DNA of 64,000 nt from Candidatus Hydrogenedentota bacterium (GTDB lineage Bacteria; Hydrogenedentota; Hydrogenedentia; Hydrogenedentales; SLHB01), in contig CAXXYE010000009.1 in assembly GCA_963674865.2 (NCBI GenBank), positions 288,001 through 352,000 of the forward strand, in the 5' to 3' direction. The first letter of the stretch is position 1; the number at the start of each line of letters is the position of its first letter. This document shows positions 63,899-64,000 of this stretch, one piece after another. The notes under the pieces are model-generated. The model made no database searches. It saw nothing but the letters and a program-made list of their open reading frames with translations, and was not told the DNA's origin. Made by a program: the position numbers and the translations under genes.

Positions 63899-64000
63899 AT
63901 GGCCGAGCAACCGAATATCATTCTCATTGTGGCGGACGACATGGGCTACGGGGACTTCGGAGCCTTCAGCGAGGGCGCCGCGAAGACGCCCACCATCGAC
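63899..64000 (+). CDS. Sulfatase-family protein, 5' fragment
   Basis: MAEQPNIILIVADDMGYGD....KTPTID, the typical sulfatase N-terminus; GGGAG upstream; runs off the window. Confidence 0.85.
   Translation, partial: MAEQPNIILIVADDMGYGDFGAFSEGAAKTPTID

Overview
GC-rich (about 60-65% by eye) bacterial chromosomal window. The gene content and the GCP-type lipoproteins suggest Ca. Hydrogenedentes or a PVC-like lineage; this is inference only. In order it holds: a partial HAD hydrolase, a DUF815-like AAA ATPase, an ECF sigma/anti-sigma-led cassette of T2SS/type IV pilus genes (2x GspF, GspE, 4 pilins), a GT2, a PKD/HAF-repeat lipoprotein, a complete F1Fo ATP synthase operon, an NCS2 permease, an acyltransferase, a fused membrane/spermidine-synthase-like protein, two tandem giant membrane-anchored ECF sigma factors, an oppABCDF operon, cell-envelope genes, another ECF/anti-sigma pair, a Cys-rich lipoprotein, a minimal kinase, an Ogl-like propeller, ddl, a YhaN/YhaO-like pair, a mosaic of REP-like repeats, several hypothetical proteins and a partial sulfatase. 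The standout is the ATP synthase rotor. Next to a normal Na+-type c subunit (E..ESTxxY) lies a 326-aa c subunit made of four fused hairpins. None of the four has the ion-binding Glu, and only the last keeps the S-T-x-x-Y 'neighbour half' of the Na+ site. This points to a hybrid c-ring containing a four-hairpin ion-blind segment. One b subunit also carries an extra extracytoplasmic domain. No rRNA, tRNA, CRISPR array or transposase was recognised.
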